From positions 1 to 36,723 of the forward strand of contig JBQGFI010000073.1 in the NCBI GenBank assembly GCA_052040065.1: a DNA stretch of 36,723 bases. Reading direction: 5' to 3'. Below, in pieces: positions 17,625 through 30,586 of the stretch. A model generated the notes under the pieces. That model made no database searches. It was given only the letters and a program-made list of their open reading frames with translations, and was not told where the DNA came from. Position 1 is the first letter of the stretch. Each line of letters opens with the position of its first letter. Position numbers and translations under genes: made by a program. Source of the DNA: Marmoricola sp. (GTDB lineage Bacteria > Actinomycetota > Actinomycetes > Propionibacteriales > Nocardioidaceae).

Positions 17625-19097
17625 TCAGTCGTGCTCGTGCCAGGAGCGGCCGTCGCGCTCGACGAGCGTGCTGGCGGCGTACGGGCCGCTGGTGCCGGCG
17701 GGGTAGCGGCGCGGCTTGGCCCCGGTGCGGGTCCAGTGCTCGTGGATGGGCTCGACCCATCGCCAGGCGGCCTCGACCTCGTCGCGCCGCATGAAGAGCT
17801 GCGGGTTGCCGCGCACGACGTCCATCAGCAGCCGTTCGTAGGCCTCGGGCGAGCGCTCGGTGAAGGTGCTGGTGTAGCTCAGGTCCAGCGAGACCGGGCG
17901 GAGCCGGATGCCGCCAGGACCGGGCTCCTTGGCCGTGAGGTGGAGCCGCATGCCCTCCTCGGGCTGCAGCTGGATGACGAGCCGGTTGGGCTCGCTGCTC
18001 CCCTCGGCGTGGGGGAACATCGGGTGCGGCACGTCCTTGAACTGGATCACGATCTCCGAGGCCCGGCGGTCGAGCCGCTTGCCGGTGCGCAGGTAGAAGG
18101 GGACCCCGGCCCAGCGCCAGTTGGCGACCTCGGCGCGGATCGCCACGAAGGTCTCGGTGCGCGAGTCGGGGCGCCCGGCCTCCTCGGCGTACGCCGCCGC
18201 GGCCGCGCCGTCGACGAGCCCGGCGACGTACTGCCCCGCGACGACCTGCTGGTCGACGTCGGTGCCGGTGATGGGGCGCAGCGCCTGCAGCACCTTGAGC
18301 TTCTCGTCGCGGACGGTCTCGTGGCCGACGTAGGTGGGCGGCTCCATCGCGACCAGGCAGAGCAGCTGCAGCAGGTGGTTCTGCACCATGTCGCGCAGCG
18401 CGCCGGAGTCGTCGTAGTAGCCGCCCCGCCCGCCGACGCCGAGCGTCTCCGAGGCGGTGATCTGCACGTGGTCGATGGCCGTGGCGTTCCACAGCGGCTC
18501 GAGGAAGGTGTTGGCGAAGCGCGTGACCAGGAGGTTCTGGACGCTCTCCTTGCCCAGGTAGTGGTCGATGCGGAAGATCTGGTGCTCGGCGAAGACCGCG
18601 CCCACCGCGTCGTTGATCTCCTGGGCCGAGGCGAGGTCGTGGCCGATCGGCTTCTCCAGCACCAGCCGCGACTGCTCGGTCACCAGGCCGTGCTCGGCCA
18701 GGCGCGCGCTGACCGTGCCGAAGAGGCCGGGGGAGATGGCGAGGTAGAAGACCCGCACCCGGCTCGGGTCGTCGAGGCGGGCCCCGAGCTCCTCCCAGCC
18801 GTCGGGGTCGGCGATGTCGAGGCTGGTGTGTGCCAGGCGTGCCAGGAAGCGCGCGACGACGTCGGCCTCGAGCTCCTCGGAGGCCACGAAGCGCATCAGC
18901 TCGCCGCGGACCTTGTCGCGGTAGCCGTCGTCGTCGAGACCGGCCCGCGAGGTGGCCAGGATCCGGGTGCCGGCGGGCAGCTGGCCGTCGCGGTCGCGGA
19001 GGTAGAGGGCGGGCAGGAGCTTGCGGACGGCGAGGTCGCCGGTGCCGCCGAAGACGACGACGTCGGCGACGGGGACCTCGACCAGGGGCTGGGACAT
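17625..19097 (-). CDS. zwf: Glucose-6-phosphate 1-dehydrogenase
   Basis: [46 protein letters not shown] and AYERLL motifs. Confidence 0.96.
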   Translation of the reverse strand: MSQPLVEVPVADVVVFGGTGDLAVRKLLPALYLRDRDGQLPAGTRILATSRAGLDDDGYRDKVRGELMRFVASEELEADVVARFLARLAHTSLDIADPDGWEELGARLDDPSRVRVFYLAISPGLFGTVSARLAEHGLVTEQSRLVLEKPIGHDLASAQEINDAVGAVFAEHQIFRIDHYLGKESVQNLLVTRFANTFLEPLWNATAIDHVQITASETLGVGGRGGYYDDSGALRDMVQNHLLQLLCLVAMEPPTYVGHETVRDEKLKVLQALRPITGTDVDQQVVAGQYVAGLVDGAAAAAYAEEAGRPDSRTETFVAIRAEVANWRWAGVPFYLRTGKRLDRRASEIVIQFKDVPHPMFPHAEGSSEPNRLVIQLQPEEGMRLHLTAKEPGPGGIRLRPVSLDLSYTSTFTERSPEAYERLLMDVVRGNPQLFMRRDEVEAAWRWVEPIHEHWTRTGAKPRRYPAGTSGPYAASTLVERDGRSWHEHD

Positions 19098-19103
19098 GGG
19101 ACC

Positions 19104-19132
19104 ACCGTAGGGAGGGTTATGTACCGGAGCAA
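19104..19132 (-). promoter_or_regulatory. Promoter for a probably leaderless zwf-edd-eda transcript
   Basis: Minus strand TTGCTC-N17-TACGGT-N6-ATG; no Shine-Dalgarno sequence. Confidence 0.6.
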
Positions 19133-19202
19133 GCGCAGTTAGGTATTTTCGAGGTTAAATTAGACCAGCGGGACCCGACCCGCAGGTGAACGGAGTGGTT
19201 CA

Positions 19203-20390
19203 ATGCCCGTCATGCGCTCCTGGGGTGGCCCCGCCACGACCGGTGAGGTCTTCTCGCTGGTCCGCGACGGCCGGGCCGACACCCGCAGCGAGATCGGCCG
19301 CGTCACCGGGCTCTCCCGCACCGCGGTGGCCGCGCGCGTGCAGGCGCTGCTCGACTCGGGGCTGGTGGTCGAGACCACCGAGCCCGACCGCCCGGGTCCC
19401 GGCCGTCCGCCGGCGCGGCTGGTCTTCGACCGCCACGCCGGCGTGGTGCTCGCCGCGGCGGTCGGTCGCCGCCGCACCCAGCTGGCCGTGTGCGACCTGG
19501 AGGGCGACGTGCTGGTCGCCCGTGACGTCGACCAGGAGGTCGGCTCCACGCCCGAGGTGCTGATGCCCCGGGTGGTCGAGCTGCTGGGGGAGCTGCTCGC
19601 CGACGCCGGGCGCGCGGCGTCCGAGGTGCGTGGTGTCGGCGTCTCCATCCCCGGCACCGTCGACCGCGAGAAGGGCGCCAGCCTCGACAGCCCGATCATG
19701 ACCGGCTGGGACGGCGTGCCGCTCTCGCCGTACGTCGCGCCGCTGACGGACGCGCCGCTCTTCTGCGACAACGACGCCAACGTGATGGCGCTCTCGGAGC
19801 GTCGCGGCCACCTCGAGCGCTACCGCGACCTGGTCTTCGTCAAGGCCTCGACCGGCATCGGCGTCGGGGTGGTCGCCGGCGGCGCGCTGGTGCGGGGCGC
19901 GCTCGGCGCCGGGGGCGAGGTCGGGCACACCAAGACCCCGGCGGCGGCCGGCCTGCGGTGCCGCTGCGGCGACACCGGCTGCCTGGAGACCCTCGCCTCG
20001 GGCTGGGCGCTGGTGCAGCGGGCCCGCGAGCTCGGCCTGGCCGTCGAGCACGTGCGCGACCTCGTCGACCTGGCCGGCCGCGGCGAGGGCGAGGCCCGGC
20101 AGCTGGTGCGCGAGGCCGGACGCCGCATCGGCGAGGTGCTGGCCGGCGCCGTCAACCTGCTCAACCCGCAGGTGGTCGTCGTCGGGGGCGACCTCGCCGG
20201 AGCCTACGACACCTTCGTGGCCGGGCTCCGCGAGTCGCTCTACTCGCTGGCCACCGCCCTGTCCACGCGAGACCTCGCGATCGTCCCGCTCACCCACGGC
20301 GACCGCTCCGGCGTCGTCGGGTGCGCCGCGCTCGCGCTCAGCAACGTGCTCGACTCCGCCTCGGTCGACCGGTCCCTGGCGCTGCGCTGA
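19203..20390 (+). CDS. ROK-family transcriptional regulator, divergent from zwf
   Basis: HTH TRSEIGRVTGLSRTAV and GRP; DNDANVMALSE, KASTGIG, GEVGH and CRCGDTGCLE. The start could also be the ATG three codons downstream. Confidence 0.9.
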   Translation: MPVMRSWGGPATTGEVFSLVRDGRADTRSEIGRVTGLSRTAVAARVQALLDSGLVVETTEPDRPGPGRPPARLVFDRHAGVVLAAAVGRRRTQLAVCDLEGDVLVARDVDQEVGSTPEVLMPRVVELLGELLADAGRAASEVRGVGVSIPGTVDREKGASLDSPIMTGWDGVPLSPYVAPLTDAPLFCDNDANVMALSERRGHLERYRDLVFVKASTGIGVGVVAGGALVRGALGAGGEVGHTKTPAAAGLRCRCGDTGCLETLASGWALVQRARELGLAVEHVRDLVDLAGRGEGEARQLVREAGRRIGEVLAGAVNLLNPQVVVVGGDLAGAYDTFVAGLRESLYSLATALSTRDLAIVPLTHGDRSGVVGCAALALSNVLDSASVDRSLALR

Positions 20391-20412
20391 CGGGCCCGAT
20401 GGCCCGTTGTGA

Positions 20413-20441
20413 CTAGATACCCCGGCCGCCGGGGTGGCTAG
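20413..20441. other. GC-rich dyad between the ROK and patatin genes (hairpin or operator)
   Basis: CTAG-AT-ACCCCGG-CCG-CCGGGGT-GG-CTAG; overlaps a TAGCGT -10-like hexamer. Confidence 0.3.
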
Positions 20442-20462
20442 CGTGGTGGTCCATCCGGAGGG

Positions 20463-23177
20463 ATGGCCGCCATGGGCACTGCCGCATCGCGCCGACGCGA
20501 GGTCGACGAGGGATTCGTGCTCGACCGCGAGCGGGTCCTGCTCGTCGGCACGCGCCAGGTCCTGGTCCGCTGGCTGGCGATCGCGCTCGGGCTGCTGGTG
20601 CTGCAGCAGCCGATGTACCTCGTGGCGACGGGGGTGCTCGAGAGCCAGTCCCCCCAGGCCACCGCCGCGGCCGGGCGCCTCTCGCTGCTGCTCGACCTGG
20701 TGATGCTGGGGGCGCTGGTGCAGGTCGTGCTGCGGGCCGACCACTTCGTGCGGGTCCGCACCGCGGCGTCCTCGCCGCTGCGACGCCTCGCGCGCGCGGC
20801 GCGGTGGGTGCTGGTCGCCGGTCTCGCGATGGACCTCGGTGAGGACGTCGCGCTGTGGCGGGTGCTGCCCGAGCGGGCCGTCGGCCCGGGGGCGATGTCG
20901 CTCGGTGGCTACACCGTGGCGATGCGCGCCGTCGTCGGTGCGTCGCTCCTCGGCCTGCTGTGGTGCTGCTGGGTGGCGGCCCGCCGCGTGCGCCGCACCG
21001 GCGTGCCGGGCCCGGCCCAGTCGCCGCCGCGGACCCGGGCGCCGGTCGCGCTCGACGGCACCATCATCAGCTGCTCCGGCGGCGGCATCCGCGCCGCGGC
21101 CTTCGCGATGGGCGGGCTGCAGCGACTGGTCCGGGAGGGCGAGTACGCGAAGGCCCGGGCGGTGGTGGGCGTCAGCGGCGGCGGCTACGTCGCGGCGGCG
21201 TACCACGTGCTGCGGTGGGCTCCCACCGACGACGCCACGCAGGACTGGCGCTCGCCGGTGCCCGACCCCTTCGTGCCGCGGAGCCCGGAGACCGGCTACG
21301 TGCGCCGGCACACCCGCTACCTGCTCGGCTCCTTCAACGTGGCCATCCACGGTGTCCTCGCGCTCGGCTTCGGCATCGCGGTCAACCTGCTGCTCCTCGG
21401 CTCCTTCCTCGCCGGCCTGGTGTGGGTGCTCGCCTTCGTCCTCGCCGCGTCGGGCCGCCTCGACGGTGCCTGCACGCCGCCCGGCCCCGACCCGGCGTCG
21501 GCGCTGGGCTACTGCGGCGACTGGCTCTGGCTCGGCTGGGCCTGGGTGCCGCTCGCGCTGGCCGTCCTCGTCTTCGTCCTGCGACGCTTCGTCGAGCGCT
21601 GGAGGACGCTGCCCCGTCCCGCCCGTGCGGTGGCCGAGGCGGTCGTCACCGGGCTGGTCGCACTCGGGTCGGCCCTCGTGCTGCTCCTCGTCGCGGTGCC
21701 CGTCGTGCTCGAGCAGGTCGCCCTGCGGGGCGAGGTCGAGGGTGACCAGTGGTGGGTGGCGCCGGTCAACGCCGTGGTCGGCGTGCTCGCCCCCGCCGGG
21801 GCCGAGGGCGCCCACGGGCTGGGCGCGATCGGCGCGATCGTCGCCGCCATCGTCTCGGTGCTGGCGAGCGCCCGGGGCAAGGGCAAGGACGCCGGACCGC
21901 AGTGGTGGTCCCGGCTGTGGGCGAAGGTCAAGGACCCCCTGGTGCCGTACGCCGCCGTCGCGGTCGTCGGCCTGGTGCTCCTGCTGCTGCTGCTGCGGTG
22001 GACGGGCCAGCTGGTCGACGACCCCGAGCGGCTCGCGAGCTGGGAGCTGGCCTACTGGCTCGGGTCCCTGCTCCTGGTCGCCCGGGTCTTCACCGACGCC
22101 AACCGCACCTCGCTGCACCACTTCTTCCGCTGGCGGATCACCCAGGCCTTCCTGGTGCGCCGGGTGGGCGGCCGCGTCGAGCCGATCCCCTACCGGCGTC
22201 CGCTGCGCTGGTCGCAGTCGGCCCCGCGGGACGGGGGACCCCGCCTGGTGACCTGTGCCGTCGCCAACGTGACCGACGTCGAGCTGGTGCCCGCCGACCG
22301 CGACTGCCTGCCCTTCGTCTTCGACCACCAGGTCATCGGCATCACCGACCGCGCGCTGCCGCCGCAGCGGCTGCAGCGCAGCGCGGCGTACGAGCGCGCC
22401 GCGGACCCGTGGTTCCGCGACTGCACCGTGCCGGCCTCGCTGGCCATGAGCGCGGCGGCCTTCTCGCCGATGGCGGGCCGGGAGAACAGGCTGCTCGGTC
22501 CCTACCGCGTGGTCCTGGCGCTGGCGAACGCCCGGCTCGGCGTCTGGCTGCCCAACCCGCTCTTCGTCGACCCCGAGAGGCCCCGGGAGGGGCGGCTGCG
22601 CCGGGTGCTCGACGGCGGCCGCAAGCCGGGCCTCACGCGGGTGCTCAAGGAGGCGGTGGGCAAGGCGTCGATCTACGACCGCTACCTCTACGTCACCGAC
22701 GGCGGCCACTACGACAACCTCGGCCTGGTCGAGGCGCTGCGACGCCGGCCGCGACGCGTCATCGTGCTCGACGCCTCCAACGACGACGAGGACGCCTTCA
22801 GCGCCCTCGGCAAGGCGATCGCCACGGCACGCATGGACCTGGGCTGCGAGGTCCGCCTCGACCCGCGAGGGATGAGGAAGCTCAAGGAGGAGCGGGCGCC
22901 GGCCGGCTGGAGTCGCGGCACCTTCCGCTTCCTCGACGCTCCCGAGGTGGAGGGTGAGCTGCTGCTCGCGAAGGCGGTGATGGTCGAGGACCTCGACTGG
23001 GACGTCGAGGCCTACGCCCTGGAGCACCCCGACTTCCCGCGCACGAGCACCGCCGACCAGCTCTACGGCGAGTTCGACTTCGAGGCCTACCGCGCGCTGG
23101 GCGACCACACCGTGGGCCGCCTGCTCGCGGGCGAGCCGATGGCGCCCTCACCCTCCTGGTGGAAGGTCTGGGCGTGA
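20463..23177 (+). CDS. Multi-pass membrane patatin/cPLA2-like phospholipase
   Basis: Oxyanion SGGGIRAA, nucleophile GVSGGG, SAAAFSP and catalytic Asp TDGGHYDNLG; many hydrophobic helices at the N-terminus and between the catalytic motifs. Confidence 0.8.
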   Translation: MAAMGTAASRRREVDEGFVLDRERVLLVGTRQVLVRWLAIALGLLVLQQPMYLVATGVLESQSPQATAAAGRLSLLLDLVMLGALVQVVLRADHFVRVRTAASSPLRRLARAARWVLVAGLAMDLGEDVALWRVLPERAVGPGAMSLGGYTVAMRAVVGASLLGLLWCCWVAARRVRRTGVPGPAQSPPRTRAPVALDGTIISCSGGGIRAAAFAMGGLQRLVREGEYAKARAVVGVSGGGYVAAAYHVLRWAPTDDATQDWRSPVPDPFVPRSPETGYVRRHTRYLLGSFNVAIHGVLALGFGIAVNLLLLGSFLAGLVWVLAFVLAASGRLDGACTPPGPDPASALGYCGDWLWLGWAWVPLALAVLVFVLRRFVERWRTLPRPARAVAEAVVTGLVALGSALVLLLVAVPVVLEQVALRGEVEGDQWWVAPVNAVVGVLAPAGAEGAHGLGAIGAIVAAIVSVLASARGKGKDAGPQWWSRLWAKVKDPLVPYAAVAVVGLVLLLLLLRWTGQLVDDPERLASWELAYWLGSLLLVARVFTDANRTSLHHFFRWRITQAFLVRRVGGRVEPIPYRRPLRWSQSAPRDGGPRLVTCAVANVTDVELVPADRDCLPFVFDHQVIGITDRALPPQRLQRSAAYERAADPWFRDCTVPASLAMSAAAFSPMAGRENRLLGPYRVVLALANARLGVWLPNPLFVDPERPREGRLRRVLDGGRKPGLTRVLKEAVGKASIYDRYLYVTDGGHYDNLGLVEALRRRPRRVIVLDASNDDEDAFSALGKAIATARMDLGCEVRLDPRGMRKLKEERAPAGWSRGTFRFLDAPEVEGELLLAKAVMVEDLDWDVEAYALEHPDFPRTSTADQLYGEFDFEAYRALGDHTVGRLLAGEPMAPSPSWWKVWA

Positions 23178-23199
23178 GCGGGGCGGCCGACGCTGCTGC

Positions 23200-25482
<2,283 letters not shown>

Positions 25483-25527
25483 GCGGGTCATGTTGCCACC
25501 GAGGGCGTGGTCGAAACCGCCGGGAGG

Positions 25528-26031
25528 TCACCGGTACGCCGGCGCCCGGGCGCCGCGGTCGGCGGCGGTGGTGGCGAGCAGGGGCAGCACGCGCTGCTCG
25601 ATCAGCGTCGAGAGCACCATCACGCTGGTCGAGCGGACCACGCTGGTGCTGCGGTTGAGGTCGATCAGCACCTGCTGCAGGCCGGCGTGCGAGGCCGCGG
25701 CGACGCGCAGCAGCACGTCGCTGGCCCCGGTGGTCACCCAGGCCTCGACCACCCCCGGGATGGTGAGCAGCTCCTCGCGCACGGAGTCCAGCGCGCCCTG
25801 CGCGATCTCGAGGGAGACGAAGGCGGTGACGCCGAAGCCCGCCGCCTCCAGCGACAGCTGCGGACCCCAGCCGCGCACCACGCCGGCCTGCTCGAGCCGC
25901 CGCAGCCGGCTCTGCACCGTGGCGCGGGCGACGCCCAGCGCGCGGGAGAGCTCGAGGTCGCCGGCTCGGGGCCGGTCGCGCAGGGTCTCGAGCAGCGCGA
26001 GGTCGAGCGAGTCGAGTCGGTGGCCGTCCAT
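25528..26031 (-). CDS. Lrp/AsnC-family transcriptional regulator, divergent from hppD
   Basis: LDSLDLALL, HTH LSRALGVARATVQSRLRRL and a RAM-domain TTGASDVLLRV; this divergent arrangement with hppD is usual in actinobacteria. Confidence 0.9.
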   Translation of the reverse strand: MDGHRLDSLDLALLETLRDRPRAGDLELSRALGVARATVQSRLRRLEQAGVVRGWGPQLSLEAAGFGVTAFVSLEIAQGALDSVREELLTIPGVVEAWVTTGASDVLLRVAAASHAGLQQVLIDLNRSTSVVRSTSVMVLSTLIEQRVLPLLATTAADRGARAPAYR

Positions 26032-26053
26032 GACGTCAGGCTAGTCAACCTGA

Positions 26054-27355
<1,302 letters not shown>

Positions 27356-27379
27356 GGGCGCGTGGGCGAAGGTTGGCCC

Positions 27380-27649
27380 GTGGACCTCTCGTCGTACCCC
27401 GCCGATCCGCCTGCGCTCGACCTCGACCCGCGCTTCACTGCGGTGCGACTGCGTCGGGGCTACGACATGCGTGAGGTCGACGACCTGCTCGACCGCCTCG
27501 TCCGTGCCATCCGACGGGGCGACTCGGACCTGGCGACGCGTCACCTCCCCAGGACGGCGCTGACGAGGACGCGCTGGCGGGAGGGCTACCGCTGCGAAGA
27601 GGTGGACGCGTGGCTGGCGGTCGCCGAGCGTCACCTCGCGAGGCGGTGA
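27380..27649 (+). CDS. Small protein with two DivIVA-domain repeats
   Basis: FTAVRLRRGYDMREVDDLLDRL and LTRTRWREGYRCEEVDAWL match the GY-x-x-x-EVD-x-x-L DivIVA motif. GTG start at 27380 (alternative 27362). Confidence 0.75.
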   Translation: MDLSSYPADPPALDLDPRFTAVRLRRGYDMREVDDLLDRLVRAIRRGDSDLATRHLPRTALTRTRWREGYRCEEVDAWLAVAERHLARR

Positions 27650-27758
27650 TCGAACCGCCCCGATGGCTCGGGCTGTCTCCGAGGGCGTGCGAGCGACGCT
27701 CCCCACACAGGTGGACGTGAGCTGGGGCTGCGCCGGGCAGCCCCTAGGGTCGGGTCGC

Positions 27759-29333
27759 ATGAGCGAGCGAGACATCCCCTGGTGGCACAGCGGCGTGGTC
27801 TACCAGGTCTACCCGCGCAGCTTCGCCGACGGCAACGGCGACGGGGTGGGGGACCTGCGCGGCGTCATCGACCGGCTCGACCACCTCGAGTCGCTGGGGG
27901 TCGACGCCGTGTGGCTGAGCCCGGTCTACGCCTCGCCGATGGTCGACAACGGCTACGACATCAGCGACTACCACGCCATCAACCCGACCTTCGGCTCGCT
28001 GGCCGACATGGACGAGCTGGTCGAGCGGGCGCACGCCCGCGGCATCCGGGTGGTGATGGACCTGGTGGTCAACCACACCAGCGACCAGCACCCGTGGTTC
28101 CTCGCCAGCCGCTCGAGCAAGGACGACCCGAAGCGCGACTGGTACTGGTGGTCGGACTCGCCGACCAACTGGCGCTCGGTCTTCTCCGGTCCCGCGTGGA
28201 CGCGCGACGAGACCACCGGCGAGCACTACCTGCACCTCTTCGCGCCCGAGCAGCCCGACCTCAACTGGGAGAACCCGGAGGTCCGCGAGGCGGTCTACGC
28301 GATGATGCGCTGGTGGCTCGACCGGGGCATCGACGGCTTCCGGATGGACGTCATCAACCTGATCTCCAAGCGCCTGGTCGACGGGCGGCTGGAGGACGGA
28401 CCGGACGGTGACACCGGGCCGCACGTGCTCAACGGCCCACGGATCCACGAGTTCCTGGCCGAGATGCGGCGCGAGGTCTTCGACGGCCGGACCACGCCGC
28501 TGGGCGAGGCGCCGGTGACGATCGGCGAGACGCCGGGCACGACGACCGAGCACGGCCGGCTCTACACCGACCCGGCCCGTCGCGAGCTCGACATGGTCTT
28601 CACCTTCGAGCACGTCGACCTCGACTCCGGCCCCGGCGGCAAGTGGGACGTCGTCCCGGTGACGCTGCCGCAGCTCAAGGGCAGCCTCGCCGGCTGGCAG
28701 GAGGCCCTGGCCGAGCGGGGGTGGAACAGCCTCTACTGGAGCAACCACGACCAGCCCCGTGTCGTCAGCAGGTACGGCGACGACAGTCCCGAGCACCGGG
28801 TGCGTGCCGCGACCGCCCTGGCCACGGTGCTGCACCTGCACCGCGGCACCGTCTTCGTCTACCAGGGCGAGGAGCTGGGCCTGGCCAACATCGCCTTCGA
28901 CGGACCCGACGACTTCGTCGACCTCGAGTCGGTCAACCACTACGCCGAGGCGGTGGGCCGGGGTGAGGACCCCGAGGTCGTGATGGCCGCGCTGCGCTAC
29001 AAGAGCCGCGACAACGCCCGCACCATGGTGCCGTGGGAGCACGGCGAGCAGGAGCGGGCGGTGCTCGACCACTACCGCGCGCTGGTGCGGCTTCGCCACG
29101 AGGACCCGGCGGTGGCACGCGGTGACTTCACGCTGCTCCTGCCCGACCACGAGCAGCTGTGGGCCTTCACGCGGGAGCACGAGGGCCGTCGGCTGACGGT
29201 GGTCGCCAACCTCTCCGGCGAGCCGGTCGACGCCGCCGCGGCGGGGGTCGAGACGGTCGGCGAGCCGGTGCTGGCCAACGACGGCGGCAGCGGTCCGCTC
29301 GGCCCGTGGGCCGCGCGCGTCCACCGGTCCTGA
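27759..29333 (+). CDS. GH13 alpha-glucosidase / oligo-1,6-glucosidase
   Basis: VVYQVYPRSF, DNGYDISDY, DLVVNHTSDQH, QPDLNWEN, GFRMDVIN, IGET, SNHDQPR, YQGEELG and SRDNART motifs. Confidence 0.92.
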   Translation: MSERDIPWWHSGVVYQVYPRSFADGNGDGVGDLRGVIDRLDHLESLGVDAVWLSPVYASPMVDNGYDISDYHAINPTFGSLADMDELVERAHARGIRVVMDLVVNHTSDQHPWFLASRSSKDDPKRDWYWWSDSPTNWRSVFSGPAWTRDETTGEHYLHLFAPEQPDLNWENPEVREAVYAMMRWWLDRGIDGFRMDVINLISKRLVDGRLEDGPDGDTGPHVLNGPRIHEFLAEMRREVFDGRTTPLGEAPVTIGETPGTTTEHGRLYTDPARRELDMVFTFEHVDLDSGPGGKWDVVPVTLPQLKGSLAGWQEALAERGWNSLYWSNHDQPRVVSRYGDDSPEHRVRAATALATVLHLHRGTVFVYQGEELGLANIAFDGPDDFVDLESVNHYAEAVGRGEDPEVVMAALRYKSRDNARTMVPWEHGEQERAVLDHYRALVRLRHEDPAVARGDFTLLLPDHEQLWAFTREHEGRRLTVVANLSGEPVDAAAAGVETVGEPVLANDGGSGPLGPWAARVHRS

Positions 29334-29334
29334 C

Positions 29335-30369
29335 GTGCGCGCCGTCAGCTACGCGGCGTACGGCGCCGAGCCCGAGCTCCTCGACCTCCCCGACCCCGCC
29401 TGCCCGCCCGACGGCGTCGTGGTGCGGGTGGAGGCCACCGGCGTGTGCCGCTCCGACTGGCACGCCTGGCGCGGCCACGAGGAGGTGCCGCTGCCCATGG
29501 TGCCGGGCCACGAGTACGCCGGCCGCCTCGCCGCGGTGGGCCCGGAGCTGGAGGGCTGGGCGGTGGGCGACCGCGTGACGGTGCCCTTCGTGCTGGGCTG
29601 CGGCCGCTGCGCGCGGTGCCGGGCGGGGGAGCAGCAGGTGTGCCCGGACCAGCAGCAGCCGGGCTTCACGCTGCCGGGCTCCTGGGCCGACCTGGTGGCG
29701 GTGCCGTCGGCCGCGACCAACCTCGTGCGACTCCCCGACGGCGTCGACGCGGTGACCGCGGCCGCCCTGGGGTGCCGGGTGGCGACCGCCTTCCGGGCGG
29801 TGCGCTGGCGTGGTCGGCCCGAGCCGGGTGACTGGGTCGTCGTGCACGGCTGCGGCGGCGTCGGGCTGGCGGCCGTGATGGTCGCGGTCGCGCTCGGCGC
29901 CGTGGTGATCGGGGTGGACCCCTCCCCGCGCGGGCGGGCGCTCGCCGCGGAGCTCGGGGCGCACGCCGTGGTCGACCCCACCGACGTCGACGTGGCGGCG
30001 TACGTGCGCGACCTGACCGGGGGTGGCGCGACGGTCTCGCTGGACTGCCTCGGTCACCCGGAGGTGGCCGCGGCGTCGGTGCGCTGCCTGCGGCCGCGCG
30101 GCAGGCACGTGCAGGTGGGCCTGCTGCTGGGCGAGGCCGCCCGTGCGGTGCCGATGGACGTCGTGGTCGCGCGCGAGCTCGACGTGCTCGGCTCGCACGG
30201 CATGCCCTCGGGCGACTACCCCGAGCTGCTGGCGATGATCGGTGACGGCTCGCTCGACCCCGCACGCCTGGTCCGTCGCACCGCCCGGCTCGACGCCGGT
30301 CCCGCCCTGCTGCGGGCCATGGACGACCCCGCGGTCGCCGAGGGCATCACCGTGCTGGTGACGACATGA
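29335..30369 (+). CDS. Zinc-dependent alcohol dehydrogenase (MDR family)
   Basis: GVCRSDWH, GHE, the structural Zn motif CGRCARC-x7-C and GCGGVG. Confidence 0.92.
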   Translation: MRAVSYAAYGAEPELLDLPDPACPPDGVVVRVEATGVCRSDWHAWRGHEEVPLPMVPGHEYAGRLAAVGPELEGWAVGDRVTVPFVLGCGRCARCRAGEQQVCPDQQQPGFTLPGSWADLVAVPSAATNLVRLPDGVDAVTAAALGCRVATAFRAVRWRGRPEPGDWVVVHGCGGVGLAAVMVAVALGAVVIGVDPSPRGRALAAELGAHAVVDPTDVDVAAYVRDLTGGGATVSLDCLGHPEVAAASVRCLRPRGRHVQVGLLLGEAARAVPMDVVVARELDVLGSHGMPSGDYPELLAMIGDGSLDPARLVRRTARLDAGPALLRAMDDPAVAEGITVLVTT

Positions 30370-30374
30370 GCGCT

Positions 30375-30405
30375 GCAAACGTTTGCTGGTCGCGCGGGTG
30401 GGTAC
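30375..30405 (+). promoter_or_regulatory. SigB/SigF-like promoter overlapped by a LacI-type palindrome
   Basis: GTTT (30381-30384)-N15-GGGTAC (30400-30405); perfect palindrome GCAAACGTTTGC (30375-30386). Confidence 0.45.
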
Positions 30406-30445
30406 GGGGGTTCTGCACCCGTCCCGATCCCGAGAGGAGCGGCCC

Positions 30446-30586
30446 ATGTGGATCCGTCCGGCCGCGGTCGTCGACGCCGCCGCCCTGCTCGGCTCCGGGG
30501 TCGGTGCGGCCCTCATGCTGGGGGTGCGTCGGGTGTGGGGCACCTCGCAGCCGCACCCGGTGGAGCGCGGTCCCGGGGACGAGTAG
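30446..30586 (+). CDS. Putative 46-aa small membrane protein
   Basis: RBS GAGAGGAG, then ATG 30446; MWIRPAAVVDAAALLGSGVGAALMLGVRRVWG has one hydrophobic segment; it fills the gap before ppsR. Confidence 0.5.
   Translation: MWIRPAAVVDAAALLGSGVGAALMLGVRRVWGTSQPHPVERGPGDE

Noticed and set aside
17599-18492. N-terminal extension giving a 909-aa Edd
   Set aside because: It overlaps zwf in another frame; edd has its own RBS and ATG at 17598.
19203-20390. ROK glucokinase serving the ED operon
   Set aside because: It has a clear N-terminal HTH and the length of a repressor, so it is a regulator.
19200-23108. 1302-aa minus-strand ORF and similar long ORFs (239-2782, 23398-26118, 30589-34107, 31326-34796)
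   Set aside because: These are antisense or off-frame shadows of real genes, expected when GC3 is very high; they carry no family motifs.
20463-23177. CBASS or other anti-phage system around the patatin gene
   Set aside because: No CD-NTase, Cap, NTPase or nuclease genes are nearby; the neighbours are metabolic genes.
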